DNA of 64,000 nt from a virus, in IMG/VR virus record IMGVR_UViG_3300028392_000060, positions 9,471 to 73,470 of that record; one strand, given 5' to 3'. Shown piece after piece: positions 24,075-35,594 of the stretch. How positions within the stretch are numbered: the first letter of the stretch is position 1; every line of letters starts with the position of its first letter. The notes beneath the pieces were generated by a model, which worked only from the letters and a program-made list of their open reading frames with translations, ran no database searches and had not been told where the DNA came from. Position numbers and translations under genes: made by a program.

Positions 24075-27000
24075 ATGGCAAGAAAGATTATATTAGAAAC
24101 AGGTTATACGTTTAGTCCATCTTTAAAGACGGTGGTAATTCCAAGAATTGTTGATCAAGAACGTTTAGTACTTATAACTAATACCACTAAAAATAAAGTC
24201 ATTTATAATTTTTCTGATGCATCGCTCCTTGCAACAACATATACAACATATGGAGAAAATTATCTAACAGCGGGTATTATTTCAGCCACAGCTTCTGGTT
24301 CTGCAATAACATTTACCGCAAACAACTCTTTTACAGTTGGACAAAATGTAACAATTACTGGTGTAACACCAGCATCATTTAATATTTCAGGAACTATTAC
24401 AGCAACAACTTCAACTACATTTACTGTTTCATCAACAGTTGTTGGAACATATGTTTCAGGTGGTCAAGCAGCAATTTCTGAAAATACTGTTTTAGTTTTT
24501 AACTATAATACATCTGCAATGGCAGCAACAGATAAGTTGCAAATTACAATTGATGAATATGCAGAAAAATTTGAGCCATCACAAGAATTAACAGACCCAG
24601 TTGGAAAACTAAGAACTTCTTCTGCACAAGCTCTTATTGATACTGACTTTGAATATGGCCCACAAACTTCTAAATGGGAAAATTTAGGTTTAATTAATCA
24701 AAAGCCTTTTTCTTATGCATTTAACTTTAACGCTCTTTTAATTTCAGATATTCAATCAGGCGCAGCTGGAACCAAAACAATTACGGTAACGCTTACCACA
24801 TCTACAGCAACAGCTTCAAATGCAATTGGTAACGGAACAACAGCTGTTTACACAACATCTTCTGCACACGGATTTTCAGTGGGACAACTTGTTACAGTCG
24901 GCTCTGGTTTTACTGGAGGTTCTTATGCAACAACTTCAGGATTTCCAAGTCCAATTCTAGCAATTCCATCACCAACATCGTTTATTATTGCAAATGCAAC
25001 TGCAGCAAATACGCCAACTACGGCAGGAACTGCAACAGTAACGGCGGGAGTAGCTCCAGCAATTGGTTCTCCAATTTCAATTATTGATACTCTTACACCA
25101 ACAGCAACTGGAAACTATACAGTTGAAACTCGTGCAAATGAAACAACATTTACATATACAGCAAAAGGCTCAACACCTACAGGTTGGGCATCACAAACAA
25201 TTTTTGATACAAATAAAACACTTATAGCTCTAGGCAACCTTTATTCTGGATCAGCAATTACAGCTTCTTCAATTACAAACTCTTCAAACTTAGTAACAGT
25301 TACAACTAATTATCCTCACGGATTGCATATTGGAAATGAAATTTCACTTATTGGGTCAACAGCAACAACAAATGCACCTAATGGCAACTGGACGGTAGCT
25401 GGCGTAACATCTCCAACAGTATTTACATTTTATGCAACAAGCGTACCAACAGGAACAATAGCAGTCAGCCAAACAGCAACAACAGCATCAGGATCTTCAT
25501 CTTCTAATATTATTACAGTTGCTTCAGCAACAAATATTGTTGTTGGAATGATTGTTGCAGCAGCAGGTATTTCAACAGGAACAATTGTTACGGGTGTACA
25601 AGGAACTGTTATAACATTATCACAAAACTTAACAGCTGCATTGTCTACAACATCAACAACATTTTATACATCAATTTATGTTCGTTCTCAAGCACAGGTA
25701 AAGCATCGTGCATTTGATGGTGGAGTTTTGTTTTCAAGTAATGGAACTTCAAATAACGCATCACAAGTTCGTCAAACACGTCGTTACTTTAGATATCAAT
25801 CAGGTAAAGGCATTCAAATTTCTTCAGGAACAATTCTTAAGCCAACTTATGGAATTGACTCTTTAACTTATTCAAGCCCATATGTTTCAGTTCAAACAAA
25901 AGAAGCACACGGATTGCAACCAGGTTATCAAGTTACAATTTATGGCGCAAATGAAAATGGATATAATGGAGCATTTGCGGTAGCTTCAGTTACTGGTGTT
26001 ACTACATTTACATACATTCCATTGACAGCACCAGCTACAGCAATTGCATCAGGATCTTATTATGCATCAGTTTCAGGTTGGAATGGTGCTTCAAATAGAC
26101 TAGGAATGTTTGATCAGCAAAATGGTGTATTTTTTGAGTTTGATGGCACTACTTTAAATGCGGTACGTCGTTCATCTATTTATCAAACAGCAGGTAAAGT
26201 TTCTATAACTCAAGGACAGAATACTGTATCACAAACAAGCACAAATTATCCAACATCATTTAATAAGCAGTTAGTTCCAGGAGACTATATTGTTCTTCGT
26301 GGACAATCTTATAAGATTACAGATATTGCTTCTGATACATCTCTTACAATTCAACCAGCATATCGTGGAGCATCAGCTACAAACGTAATTGTGTCTAAAA
26401 CAATTGATACCAAGATTCCACAATCACAATGGAATATTGACAAGTGCGATGGAACTGGTCCTTCAGGATACAATATTGATCTTACAAAGATGCAAATGTT
26501 TTATATTGATTACTCTTGGTATGGAGCGGGTGCAGTAAGATGGGGATTTAGAGGTCCAAAGGGACAGATTATTTACGTACATAAGCAAGCAAATAATAAT
26601 CAAAATGCTACAGCATACATGCGTTCTGGTAACTTGGCGGGTCGTTATGAATCTACAACTCTTCCATCAACCACACAAACAACAGCAACTTTTGCAACAA
26701 CTGATACAACAATCAGCGTTGCAGGCACAGGCGGACTTTATGTTCCATCTTCAATCACACAAACACTAACAGGTGGATCATCTGGAACAAATACAGTAAC
26801 AGTAGGCTCTACAGCGGGCATAACAGTTGGAATGTTTGCTTCAGGAACAGGAATTGCTGCTGGAGCACTAGTTACAGCAATTAATACATCAACATCAACA
26901 ATTACACTTTCAATTAATAACACAGGAACAGTTTCGGGAACTGGAACATTCCAAACATATCCAGGAACTGCAGTTGTTAGAAATGGATCAAACTGGGAGT

Positions 27001-28247
27001 ATATTAACTACACAGGAATAACATCCAATACTCTAACTGGTATTACTCGTGGACAAGCAGGAGCAACAGCAGTTGCAACTACACTTGCAGTTGGATCTAA
27101 TATAGCAACTGTAACTTCTACAGCAGGATTACAAGTGGGCATGAGAGCAATCAGCCCAGCACTTCCAGATGGAACAAAGATTGAGTATATTGCAGGAACA
27201 ACGACATTGGTTTTGTCAGCATCTCCAACAACTGCTAATCCAACTATTTGGTTCCCAGCTATGGGCACCACGTCTGGAACACCAGGCTCTACTTCGGGCA
27301 CAACAGTAACAACAGGAGCAAATGCATTTGCATATTCAGCAACTGCACCAACAGTTGTAGAACAAGCATTTCCAACATTTGGACCTTCAATATCACACTG
27401 GGGAACATCTGTTATTATGGATGGTCGTTTTGATGATGATAAATCACTTCTCTTTACTTATGGTCAAACAGCAGCCACAACTTTGGGTGGAACTACTCCA
27501 GCAACATATGTTTATGCATCAGGTGGAGCATCAGGTCAAGCAACTGTAGTTGTAACAGTAACTGCAGGAACTGTTATTCCAATAGGCTCTCTAATTTCAG
27601 GAACAGGTGTTTCAACAGGAACTATTATTACAAACGTAGTTCAAACAACCACAACTACATATACGCTAACTCTATCTGCAAACTTAACAACACAAGCTGC
27701 AAATAATTATGTAGTTTCAGGTGCAACATCTAAAGCATTGCTATCAATCCGCATTGCACCTTCTGTAGATAATGGTTTTGCAGCAGCATTTGGTGCTCGT
27801 GAACTTCTTAATAAGATGCAATTACAAACAAAGGCACTAGATATTTCATTGCTTGGTTCTACAAATGGTAACGTGCTTGTACAGGCTTATCTAAATGGAT
27901 CAGTATATAATCAAATTGCAACAACAAATACAGCATGGACAAATGCTGTAAGAAACTCTGTAAATACTCCAAACTCTTCTCTTGCTCAGATTGCTGATTA
28001 TTCAGGATCATCTTATTTGATTCAGGGCGGTGAAGTTACAGGTGGATTCTTTGCTAACTCAACAGGAACAATTGACTTCTCTCAGGTTCGTGATTTAGGA
28101 AATGCAGTTCTTGGTGGAGGTTCTGGATACTCAAATACACAGGTTTACCCAGATGGTCCAGATACACTTACTATTGTTGTAACAAATGTAGGTACAACTC
28201 CTCAGTCAGTTCTAGGTCGTATTTCTTGGACTGAAGCACAAGCTTAA
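24075..28247 (+). CDS. large Thr-rich virion protein with repeated small beta (HG...G..V.I) domains
   Basis: RQTRRYFRYQSGKG, IDYSWYGAG and HWGTSVIMDG.FD.D conserved blocks. Confidence 0.75.
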   Translation: MARKIILETGYTFSPSLKTVVIPRIVDQERLVLITNTTKNKVIYNFSDASLLATTYTTYGENYLTAGIISATASGSAITFTANNSFTVGQNVTITGVTPASFNISGTITATTSTTFTVSSTVVGTYVSGGQAAISENTVLVFNYNTSAMAATDKLQITIDEYAEKFEPSQELTDPVGKLRTSSAQALIDTDFEYGPQTSKWENLGLINQKPFSYAFNFNALLISDIQSGAAGTKTITVTLTTSTATASNAIGNGTTAVYTTSSAHGFSVGQLVTVGSGFTGGSYATTSGFPSPILAIPSPTSFIIANATAANTPTTAGTATVTAGVAPAIGSPISIIDTLTPTATGNYTVETRANETTFTYTAKGSTPTGWASQTIFDTNKTLIALGNLYSGSAITASSITNSSNLVTVTTNYPHGLHIGNEISLIGSTATTNAPNGNWTVAGVTSPTVFTFYATSVPTGTIAVSQTATTASGSSSSNIITVASATNIVVGMIVAAAGISTGTIVTGVQGTVITLSQNLTAALSTTSTTFYTSIYVRSQAQVKHRAFDGGVLFSSNGTSNNASQVRQTRRYFRYQSGKGIQISSGTILKPTYGIDSLTYSSPYVSVQTKEAHGLQPGYQVTIYGANENGYNGAFAVASVTGVTTFTYIPLTAPATAIASGSYYASVSGWNGASNRLGMFDQQNGVFFEFDGTTLNAVRRSSIYQTAGKVSITQGQNTVSQTSTNYPTSFNKQLVPGDYIVLRGQSYKITDIASDTSLTIQPAYRGASATNVIVSKTIDTKIPQSQWNIDKCDGTGPSGYNIDLTKMQMFYIDYSWYGAGAVRWGFRGPKGQIIYVHKQANNNQNATAYMRSGNLAGRYESTTLPSTTQTTATFATTDTTISVAGTGGLYVPSSITQTLTGGSSGTNTVTVGSTAGITVGMFASGTGIAAGALVTAINTSTSTITLSINNTGTVSGTGTFQTYPGTAVVRNGSNWEYINYTGITSNTLTGITRGQAGATAVATTLAVGSNIATVTSTAGLQVGMRAISPALPDGTKIEYIAGTTTLVLSASPTTANPTIWFPAMGTTSGTPGSTSGTTVTTGANAFAYSATAPTVVEQAFPTFGPSISHWGTSVIMDGRFDDDKSLLFTYGQTAATTLGGTTPATYVYASGGASGQATVVVTVTAGTVIPIGSLISGTGVSTGTIITNVVQTTTTTYTLTLSANLTTQAANNYVVSGATSKALLSIRIAPSVDNGFAAAFGARELLNKMQLQTKALDISLLGSTNGNVLVQAYLNGSVYNQIATTNTAWTNAVRNSVNTPNSSLAQIADYSGSSYLIQGGEVTGGFFANSTGTIDFSQVRDLGNAVLGGGSGYSNTQVYPDGPDTLTIVVTNVGTTPQSVLGRISWTEAQA

Positions 28248-28264
28248 TAAAGGGGGAATAGTAA

Positions 28265-28879
28265 ATGGCTTTAAACAAGCTACAACATCAATATACTGAA
28301 CCCTTTAAAGTATCTGCATTAAATGTTGACAGTAATTTAAACGTTGGCGGAATTGTAAATGCTTCTAATTTTACAATAAATGGTAAACCATTAAGTGTTG
28401 ATCTATCTGGAGTAATTAATAATAGTCTTACAACCACTACTGGAGATTTAATTTATGCTTCTTCAGCTAATACCCCCGCTCGTTTAGGAATTGGTTCTAC
28501 AAATCAAGTTCTTACAGTAGTAGGTGGCGTACCAGCATGGGCCGCAGCAACTGGAGGCGGGGCAACAACCACTACATTTACTTTATCTTCAAATACAATT
28601 ACAACTGTAGAAACTGTAGCATTATCTACATTTACCACAATTGAATATACATTATCAATTAAACAAGGAACAAAAATAAGAAGTTCTAAGATATATGTAC
28701 AAACTGATGGATCAAGCAATGTTGATTATGTAGAATATGCAGTAATGTCAACTGGAGGAACAATGACGGGAATTTCAATAGTTTCCGCCCTATCTAGCAC
28801 AAATATGATTTTACAAGCAACAATAACAGATGCTGCTTCAACAAATGCTACAATTAAATATCAAAAAGTGACAATATAA
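28265..28879 (+). CDS. virion fibre-associated protein
   Basis: TTGDLIYAS...RLGIGS..QVLTV motif. Confidence 0.65.
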   Translation: MALNKLQHQYTEPFKVSALNVDSNLNVGGIVNASNFTINGKPLSVDLSGVINNSLTTTTGDLIYASSANTPARLGIGSTNQVLTVVGGVPAWAAATGGGATTTTFTLSSNTITTVETVALSTFTTIEYTLSIKQGTKIRSSKIYVQTDGSSNVDYVEYAVMSTGGTMTGISIVSALSSTNMILQATITDAASTNATIKYQKVTI

Positions 28880-28880
28880 A

Positions 28881-31103
28881 ATGGCAATTCAACCATTTGA
28901 AATTACAGGCAATTTAACAGTAGATGGAAATTATAAAAACCCTGTTGTAACTAATCCATTATTTGTTGCAGTATCAAACTCAACAACAGCCGTATCATCA
29001 ACAGATAGCATAACCTGGACGTTACGTACTATGCCATCATCTGCAAATTGGAGTTCAATAACCTATGGCAATGGAGTATTTGTTGCAATAGCAGGATCTC
29101 CATCAACCTCAGCAGCCTCATCAATTGATGGAATAACATGGTCTTTAAGAACTATGCCGTCATCTGCAAATTGGATAGCAGTAACTTATGGCAATGGAGT
29201 ATTTGCTGCAGTAACATTTAGTTCATCATCAGCAGCCTCATCAACTGATGGCATTACTTGGTCTTTAAGAACTTTGCCAGTAGCTGCAGGTTGGCAATCA
29301 GTAACTTATGGCAATGGAGTATTTTTTGTAGTAGTATATGCCTCTACAACAGCAGCTTCATCAACTGATGGTATAACTTGGGCCTTACGTACTTTGCCAT
29401 CATCTGCAGCATGGTATTCAGTAACTTACGGCAATGGAGTATTTGCTGCAGTAGCAAATAGCTCAAACTCAGCCGCCTCATCAACCAATGGCGTAACTTG
29501 GACATTACGCACTTTGCCAGTATCTGCAACCTGGTATTCAGTAACTTATGGCAACGGAGTATTTGCTGCAGTAACAAACAGCTCAACAGCAGCAGCTTCA
29601 TCAACTGATGGCATAACTTGGTCCTTACGTACTTTGCCATCATCTCCAGCATGGTATTCAGTAACTTACGGCAATGGAGTATTTGCTGCAGTAGCAAATA
29701 GCTCAACAGCAGCAGCTTCATCAACCAATGGTATTACTTGGGCCTTACGTACTTTGCCATCAACTGCAACTTGGCAATCAGTAACCTATGGCATTTCAAC
29801 TCAAATTAATTTAGTTCCTGCATCTACTTTAATCCCAAATAATCAAAATGTAACTTCTAACATTCAAACACAATTAAATGCATTAGCACCTTTAAATAAC
29901 CCAACATTAACATCTGCAAGTTTAATATCAAGTAATTTACAAAGTAATGTATTTGCTGCAGTAGCACAATCCTCAACCTCAGCAGCTTCATCAACCGATG
30001 GTATAACATGGACTCTAAGAACTATGCCATCATCTACAACTTGGATAGCAGTAACTTATGGCAATGGAGTATTTGCTGCAGTAGCATATAGCTCAACAGC
30101 AGCAGCTTCATCAACCGATGGTATTACTTGGGCCTTACGCACTTTGCCAGCATCTGCAATTTGGGTTTCAATATCTTATGGCAATGGAGTATTTGCTGCA
30201 GTAGCACAAAGCTCAACCTCAGCCGCCTCATCAACCAATGGCGTAACTTGGACATTACGCACTTTGCCATCATCTGCAACTTGGCAATCATTAGCTTATG
30301 GCAATGGAGTATTTGTTGCAGTAGCACTTAGCACAACAGCAGCAGCTTCATCAACCGATGGTATTACTTGGGCCTTACGTACTCTGCCATCATCTACAGG
30401 TGCAGTAACTTATGGCAATGGAGTATTTGCTGCAGTATCAAATGGCACATCATCAGCAGCCTCATCAACTGATGGTATAACCTGGACGTTACGTACTATG
30501 CCATCAGCTACAGCATGGTTTTCAGTAACTTACGGCAACGGAGTATTTGCTGCAGTAGCAAATAGCTCAACAACAGCAGCCTCATCAACCAATGGCATAA
30601 CATGGACTCTAAGAACTTTGCCAGTATCTGCAAATTGGTATTCAGTAACTTATGGCAATGGAGTATTTGCTGCAGTTGTACAAGGTTCAACTTCGGCAGC
30701 CTCATCAACTGATGGAATAACATGGTCTTTAAGAACTATGCCAGTATCTGTATTTTGGCAATCAGTAACTTCAGCACCAACCCAATTTTCAATAAATTCA
30801 CAATCAATTCAAGGGCAATATGTAGGCCCAATTACAACTCCAACATATACTGTAGGGCCATATGATAAATATATAACTATTAATACAACAGCAACGCATA
30901 CTATAACCCTTCCCGCCCCAGGTTTATATCCAAATAGAGAAATAACAATAAAACAAATTGCTGCGTTTACTGTTGTTTCCGCATCTTCTAACGTAATTCC
31001 GCTTACATCAAATACGGCGGGAACTGCAATACTTTCTGGATTAGGTAAATTTGCAACATTAATATCTGACGGTTATAACTGGATAATAAGGGAATCTAAT
31101 TAA
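28881..31103 (+). CDS. Asp-box-like beta-propeller repeat protein 1 (2x7 repeats)
   Basis: 14 copies of a ~40-aa unit W.SVTYGNGVFAAVA.SST.AASSTDGITW.LRTLP. Confidence 0.85.
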   Translation: MAIQPFEITGNLTVDGNYKNPVVTNPLFVAVSNSTTAVSSTDSITWTLRTMPSSANWSSITYGNGVFVAIAGSPSTSAASSIDGITWSLRTMPSSANWIAVTYGNGVFAAVTFSSSSAASSTDGITWSLRTLPVAAGWQSVTYGNGVFFVVVYASTTAASSTDGITWALRTLPSSAAWYSVTYGNGVFAAVANSSNSAASSTNGVTWTLRTLPVSATWYSVTYGNGVFAAVTNSSTAAASSTDGITWSLRTLPSSPAWYSVTYGNGVFAAVANSSTAAASSTNGITWALRTLPSTATWQSVTYGISTQINLVPASTLIPNNQNVTSNIQTQLNALAPLNNPTLTSASLISSNLQSNVFAAVAQSSTSAASSTDGITWTLRTMPSSTTWIAVTYGNGVFAAVAYSSTAAASSTDGITWALRTLPASAIWVSISYGNGVFAAVAQSSTSAASSTNGVTWTLRTLPSSATWQSLAYGNGVFVAVALSTTAAASSTDGITWALRTLPSSTGAVTYGNGVFAAVSNGTSSAASSTDGITWTLRTMPSATAWFSVTYGNGVFAAVANSSTTAASSTNGITWTLRTLPVSANWYSVTYGNGVFAAVVQGSTSAASSTDGITWSLRTMPVSVFWQSVTSAPTQFSINSQSIQGQYVGPITTPTYTVGPYDKYITINTTATHTITLPAPGLYPNREITIKQIAAFTVVSASSNVIPLTSNTAGTAILSGLGKFATLISDGYNWIIRESN

Positions 31104-33328
31104 TGGCTAATTTATCATTTGAAATTACAGGAGATATACAAGCAGATGCAAATTATAGATATCCTAGTCTACCCACTCCATTATTTGTTTCAGTAGCAAA
31201 CGGCTCAACATCAGCAGCCTCATCAACCGACGGCATAACATGGTCTTTGCAAACTTTGCCATCATCTGCATTTTGGGAATCATTAGCTTATGGCAATGGA
31301 GTATTTGTTTCAGCAGCAAATAACTCAACCACAGCAGCCTCATCAACTGATGGCATTACATGGTCTTTAAGAACTTTGCCAGTATCTGCAAACTGGTTTT
31401 CATCAGCTTATGGCAATGGAGTATTTGCTGCAATAGCATATGGCACAACAGCAGCCGCCTCATCAACTAATGGTATTACATGGACTTTACGTACTATGCC
31501 ATCATCTGCATTTTGGGAATCATTATCTTATGGCAATGGAGTATTTGTTGCAGCAGCAAACAGCACAACCACAGCAGCCTCATCAACTGATGGCATTACT
31601 TGGTCTTTAAGAACTTTGCCAGTATCTGCAAATTGGCTTACAACAACTTATGGTAATGGAGTATTTATTGCAGCAGCAAACAGCTCAACATCAGCAGCCT
31701 CATCAACCGATGGTATTACATGGTCCTTACGTACTTTGCCAACATTGGCATATTGGTATTCAATAACTTATGGCAATGGAGTATTTGTTGCAGCAGCAAA
31801 CAGCACAACCACAGCAGCCTCATCAACTGATGGCATTACTTGGTCTTTAAGAACTTTGCCAGTAGCTGCAGCTTGGTCTTCAACAGCTTATGGCAATGGA
31901 TTATTTATTGCAGTAGCACAAAGCTCAACATCAGCTTCATCAACCAATGGTATTACTTGGAATCTACGCACTTTGCCATCAGATACAGGTTGGTATTCAG
32001 TAACTTATGGCACTCAACCTCCATTAATTGTCCCCGCATCTACTTTAATCCCAAATAATCAAAATGTTACATCAAATATTCAAACACAAATAAATCAATT
32101 AGCACCTTTAAATAACTCAACATTAACATCTGCAAGTTTAATATCAAGTAATTTACAAAGTAATGTATTTGCTGCAGTAGCATATAGCTCAACATCAGCA
32201 GCAACATCAACTGATGGTATAACTTGGACTTTACGTACTTTGCCATCATCTGCAAACTGGCAAGCAATAACTTATGGCAATGGAGTATTTGCTGCAGTAG
32301 CAACAACATCATCAACTACAGCAACCTCATCAACTGATGGTATAACTTGGACTTTAAGAACTTTGTCATCATCTGCATATTGGCAATCATTAGCTTATGG
32401 CAATGGAGTATTTGTTGCAATATCAAACTCAACAACAGCCGTATCATCAACAGATGGCATAACTTGGACTACAAGAACTTTTCCATCATCTGCAAACTGG
32501 CAAGCAATAACTTATGGCAATGGAGTATTTGCTGCAGTAGCAAATGGCATAACAACAGCAGCCTCATCAACTGATGGTATTACTTGGTCTTTAAGAACTT
32601 TGCCAGTAGCTGGAAACTGGTATTTAATAACTTACGGCAATGGAGTATTTGCTGCAGTAGTAAGTAGCTCAACCACAGCAGCCTCATCAACTGATGGAAT
32701 AACATGGGCTTTAAGAACTTTACCAGTATCTACACTTTGGTATTCAATAACTTATGGCAATGGAGTATTTGCTGCAGTAGCAGGTAGCACAACCACAGCA
32801 GCCTCATCAACCGATGGCATAACATGGTCTTTAAGAACTATGCCAGCATCTGCAACTTGGGGTTCAATAACTTACGGTAATGGAGTATTTGTTGCAGCAG
32901 GATATAACTCAACCACAGCAGCCTCATCAACCAATGGAATAACTTGGTCTTTAAGAACTTTGCCATCATCTGCAGCATGGCAATCAGTAACTTCAGCACC
33001 AACCCAATCTTCAATAAATTCACAATCAATTCAAGGGCAAACAATTCAATATGTATCAACCAATACATATGTTGTAGGATTATATGATAAAAGTATAACA
33101 TTTAATGGAACCGCAACATGTACAGTAACTTTACCAATTGCAGGACAATATCCAGGAAGAGAAATACATTTAAAAACAATTGCTGCATTTACTGTGATTT
33201 CTGCTTCTTCTAACGTATTCCCGCTCGCAACAAATACGGCGGGAACTGCAATATTATCAGCAACAGCAGGAAAATATGCTAAATTAGTATCAGATGGATA
33301 TTTCTGGGTTATAATGGAGGCTAACTAA
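31103..33328 (+). CDS. beta-propeller repeat protein 2 (2x7 repeats)
   Basis: Same architecture as the upstream paralogue. Confidence 0.85.
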   Translation: MANLSFEITGDIQADANYRYPSLPTPLFVSVANGSTSAASSTDGITWSLQTLPSSAFWESLAYGNGVFVSAANNSTTAASSTDGITWSLRTLPVSANWFSSAYGNGVFAAIAYGTTAAASSTNGITWTLRTMPSSAFWESLSYGNGVFVAAANSTTTAASSTDGITWSLRTLPVSANWLTTTYGNGVFIAAANSSTSAASSTDGITWSLRTLPTLAYWYSITYGNGVFVAAANSTTTAASSTDGITWSLRTLPVAAAWSSTAYGNGLFIAVAQSSTSASSTNGITWNLRTLPSDTGWYSVTYGTQPPLIVPASTLIPNNQNVTSNIQTQINQLAPLNNSTLTSASLISSNLQSNVFAAVAYSSTSAATSTDGITWTLRTLPSSANWQAITYGNGVFAAVATTSSTTATSSTDGITWTLRTLSSSAYWQSLAYGNGVFVAISNSTTAVSSTDGITWTTRTFPSSANWQAITYGNGVFAAVANGITTAASSTDGITWSLRTLPVAGNWYLITYGNGVFAAVVSSSTTAASSTDGITWALRTLPVSTLWYSITYGNGVFAAVAGSTTTAASSTDGITWSLRTMPASATWGSITYGNGVFVAAGYNSTTAASSTNGITWSLRTLPSSAAWQSVTSAPTQSSINSQSIQGQTIQYVSTNTYVVGLYDKSITFNGTATCTVTLPIAGQYPGREIHLKTIAAFTVISASSNVFPLATNTAGTAILSATAGKYAKLVSDGYFWVIMEAN

Positions 33329-33329
33329 T

Positions 33330-35558
33330 ATGGCTAATTTACCTTTTGAAATTACATCAGATATAGCAGTAGATGGAAGTTATATTGATCCTACAGGAAC
33401 TGTTTTAGTTCCCGCATCTACATTAATTACAAATAATCAAAATGTAACTTCAAATATTCAAACACAAATAAATGGATTAGCAACTTTAAATAATACAACA
33501 TTAACATCCGCAAATTTAATATCAAGTAATTTACAAAGTAATGTATTTGTTGCAGTAGCACAAAGCTCAACAACAGCAGCCTCATCAACCGATGGTATTA
33601 CATGGACGCTACGTACTTTGCCAGTATTTGCAAGTTGGTATTCAGTAACCTACGGCAATGGAGTATTTGCTGCAACAACAATTACCTCAACCTCAGCAGC
33701 TTCATCAACTGATGGCATAACTTGGTCCTTAAGAACTTTGCCAGTATCTGCAGCTTGGTATTCAGTAACCTATGGCAATGGATTATTTGCTGCAATATCA
33801 GGTAACTCATCAGCAGCTTCATCAACTGATGGCATAACTTGGTCCTTAAGAACTTTGCCAGCAGCTTTAGGTTGGAATTCAGTAACTTATGGCAATGGAG
33901 TATTTGCTGTAGTTGTAATAGATTCAATTTCGGCAGCCTCATCAACTGATGGCATAACATGGACGCTACGCACTTTGCCAGCATCTGCAATTTGGACTTC
34001 AATAACTTATGGCAACGGAGTATTTGCTGCAGTAGCACAAAGCTCAACATCAGCAGCTTCATCAACTGATGGCATAACATGGACGCTACGCACTTTGCCA
34101 TCATCTGCAAGTTGGTTTTCAGTAATTTATGGCAATGGAGTATTTGCTGCAGTAGCATATAGCTCAACCTCAGCAGCCTCATCAACTGATGGCATAACAT
34201 GGACGCTACGCACTTTGCCAGCATTTGCAACTTGGCAATCAGTATCTTATAGTAATGGAGTATTTGTTGCAATAGCACAAAGCTCAACAACAGCAGCCTC
34301 ATCAACCGATGGCATTACATGGTCTTTAAGAACTTTGCCAGCAAATGCATTTTGGAATTCAGTAACTTCAGCACCAATTCAATCTTCAATAAATTCTCAA
34401 TCAATTCAAGGGCAAGTTATTAATTCAATTACAACTCCATCTTATACCGTAGGACCTTATGATAAATATATTATTTATAATAGTTCAAACCTTAGTTCTA
34501 CTGGAATATTTGCTGCAGTATCACAAGTCTCATCAACAACAGCAGCTTCATCAACTGATGGCATAACATGGACTTTAAGAACTTTGCCAACAGCTGCAGG
34601 TTGGTATGCAATATCTGCAGGAAATGGAGTATTTATTGCATTAGGATCTAGTACAACCACAGCAGCCTCATCCTTCAACGGCACAACTTGGACTTTAAGA
34701 ACTTTGCCAGTATCTACAAACTGGAAAAATTCAATTTATGGTAATGGATTATTTGTTGCGCCATCATTTGGTAACTCAACAACAGCAGTTTCATCAACTG
34801 ATGGTATAACTTGGTCACTACGCACTATGCCAGCAGCACTAAACTGGTCTTCAATAACTTATGGTAATGGAGTATTTGCTGCAGTATCAAGCAACAACAT
34901 CACAACAGCAGCCTCATCAACCGATGGCATAACATGGACTTTAACAACTTTACCAGTATCTGGCCTCTGGAGCTTAGCAACTTATGGTAATGGATTATTT
35001 GTTGCAGTAGCACAAAGCTCAACAACAGCAGCCTCATCAACTGATGGCATAACTTGGGCCTTACGTACTCTGCCAACAAATGCAATTTGGACATCAGCAG
35101 CTTATGGCAATGGAGTATTTGTTGTAGGAGGTGGAGCAAGTGGAACAACATCAACAGATGGAGTTACTTGGACTTTAAGAACTTTGGGTTTTATTTCACA
35201 GTCATTATCTTATGCCAATGGAATATTTGTTGGAATAGAATATAACTCAACAACAGCAGCCTCATCAACCAATGGCATAACATGGACTTTAAGAACTTTG
35301 CCAACATTGGCATATTGGACTGGAGTATCTTACGGCAACGGAATACTTGATGCAACAATAACTCTTCCAAATGCTGGTATATACCCAGGTCGGGAAATTA
35401 CAATAAAATCTTTAGGCAATGGCAGTATAAATTCAAATTCTTCTAACGTAATTCCGCTTACATCAAATACGGCGGGAACTGCAATACTTTCTGGTGCAGG
35501 TAAGTTTGCCAGATTAGTTAGTGATGGATACAATTGGGTAATTGTCAGATCAAATTAA
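33330..35558 (+). CDS. beta-propeller repeat protein 3 (2x7 repeats, rearranged)
   Basis: Same repeats; linker comes first and the second block is inserted into the C-terminal domain. Confidence 0.85.
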   Translation: MANLPFEITSDIAVDGSYIDPTGTVLVPASTLITNNQNVTSNIQTQINGLATLNNTTLTSANLISSNLQSNVFVAVAQSSTTAASSTDGITWTLRTLPVFASWYSVTYGNGVFAATTITSTSAASSTDGITWSLRTLPVSAAWYSVTYGNGLFAAISGNSSAASSTDGITWSLRTLPAALGWNSVTYGNGVFAVVVIDSISAASSTDGITWTLRTLPASAIWTSITYGNGVFAAVAQSSTSAASSTDGITWTLRTLPSSASWFSVIYGNGVFAAVAYSSTSAASSTDGITWTLRTLPAFATWQSVSYSNGVFVAIAQSSTTAASSTDGITWSLRTLPANAFWNSVTSAPIQSSINSQSIQGQVINSITTPSYTVGPYDKYIIYNSSNLSSTGIFAAVSQVSSTTAASSTDGITWTLRTLPTAAGWYAISAGNGVFIALGSSTTTAASSFNGTTWTLRTLPVSTNWKNSIYGNGLFVAPSFGNSTTAVSSTDGITWSLRTMPAALNWSSITYGNGVFAAVSSNNITTAASSTDGITWTLTTLPVSGLWSLATYGNGLFVAVAQSSTTAASSTDGITWALRTLPTNAIWTSAAYGNGVFVVGGGASGTTSTDGVTWTLRTLGFISQSLSYANGIFVGIEYNSTTAASSTNGITWTLRTLPTLAYWTGVSYGNGILDATITLPNAGIYPGREITIKSLGNGSINSNSSNVIPLTSNTAGTAILSGAGKFARLVSDGYNWVIVRSN

Positions 35559-35594
35559 ATATGCTACAATATACTAAACAACAAGGAGAAATAA

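Noticed and set aside
29344-35533. Antisense and alternate-frame ORFs (LLQQIL... repeats)
   Set aside because: Shadow frames caused by the repetitive, codon-biased sense genes
28881-35558. 120-bp periodic repeats as CRISPR or a diversity-generating retroelement
   Set aside because: They are in-frame coding repeats; no reverse transcriptase or non-coding template repeat is seen in the window
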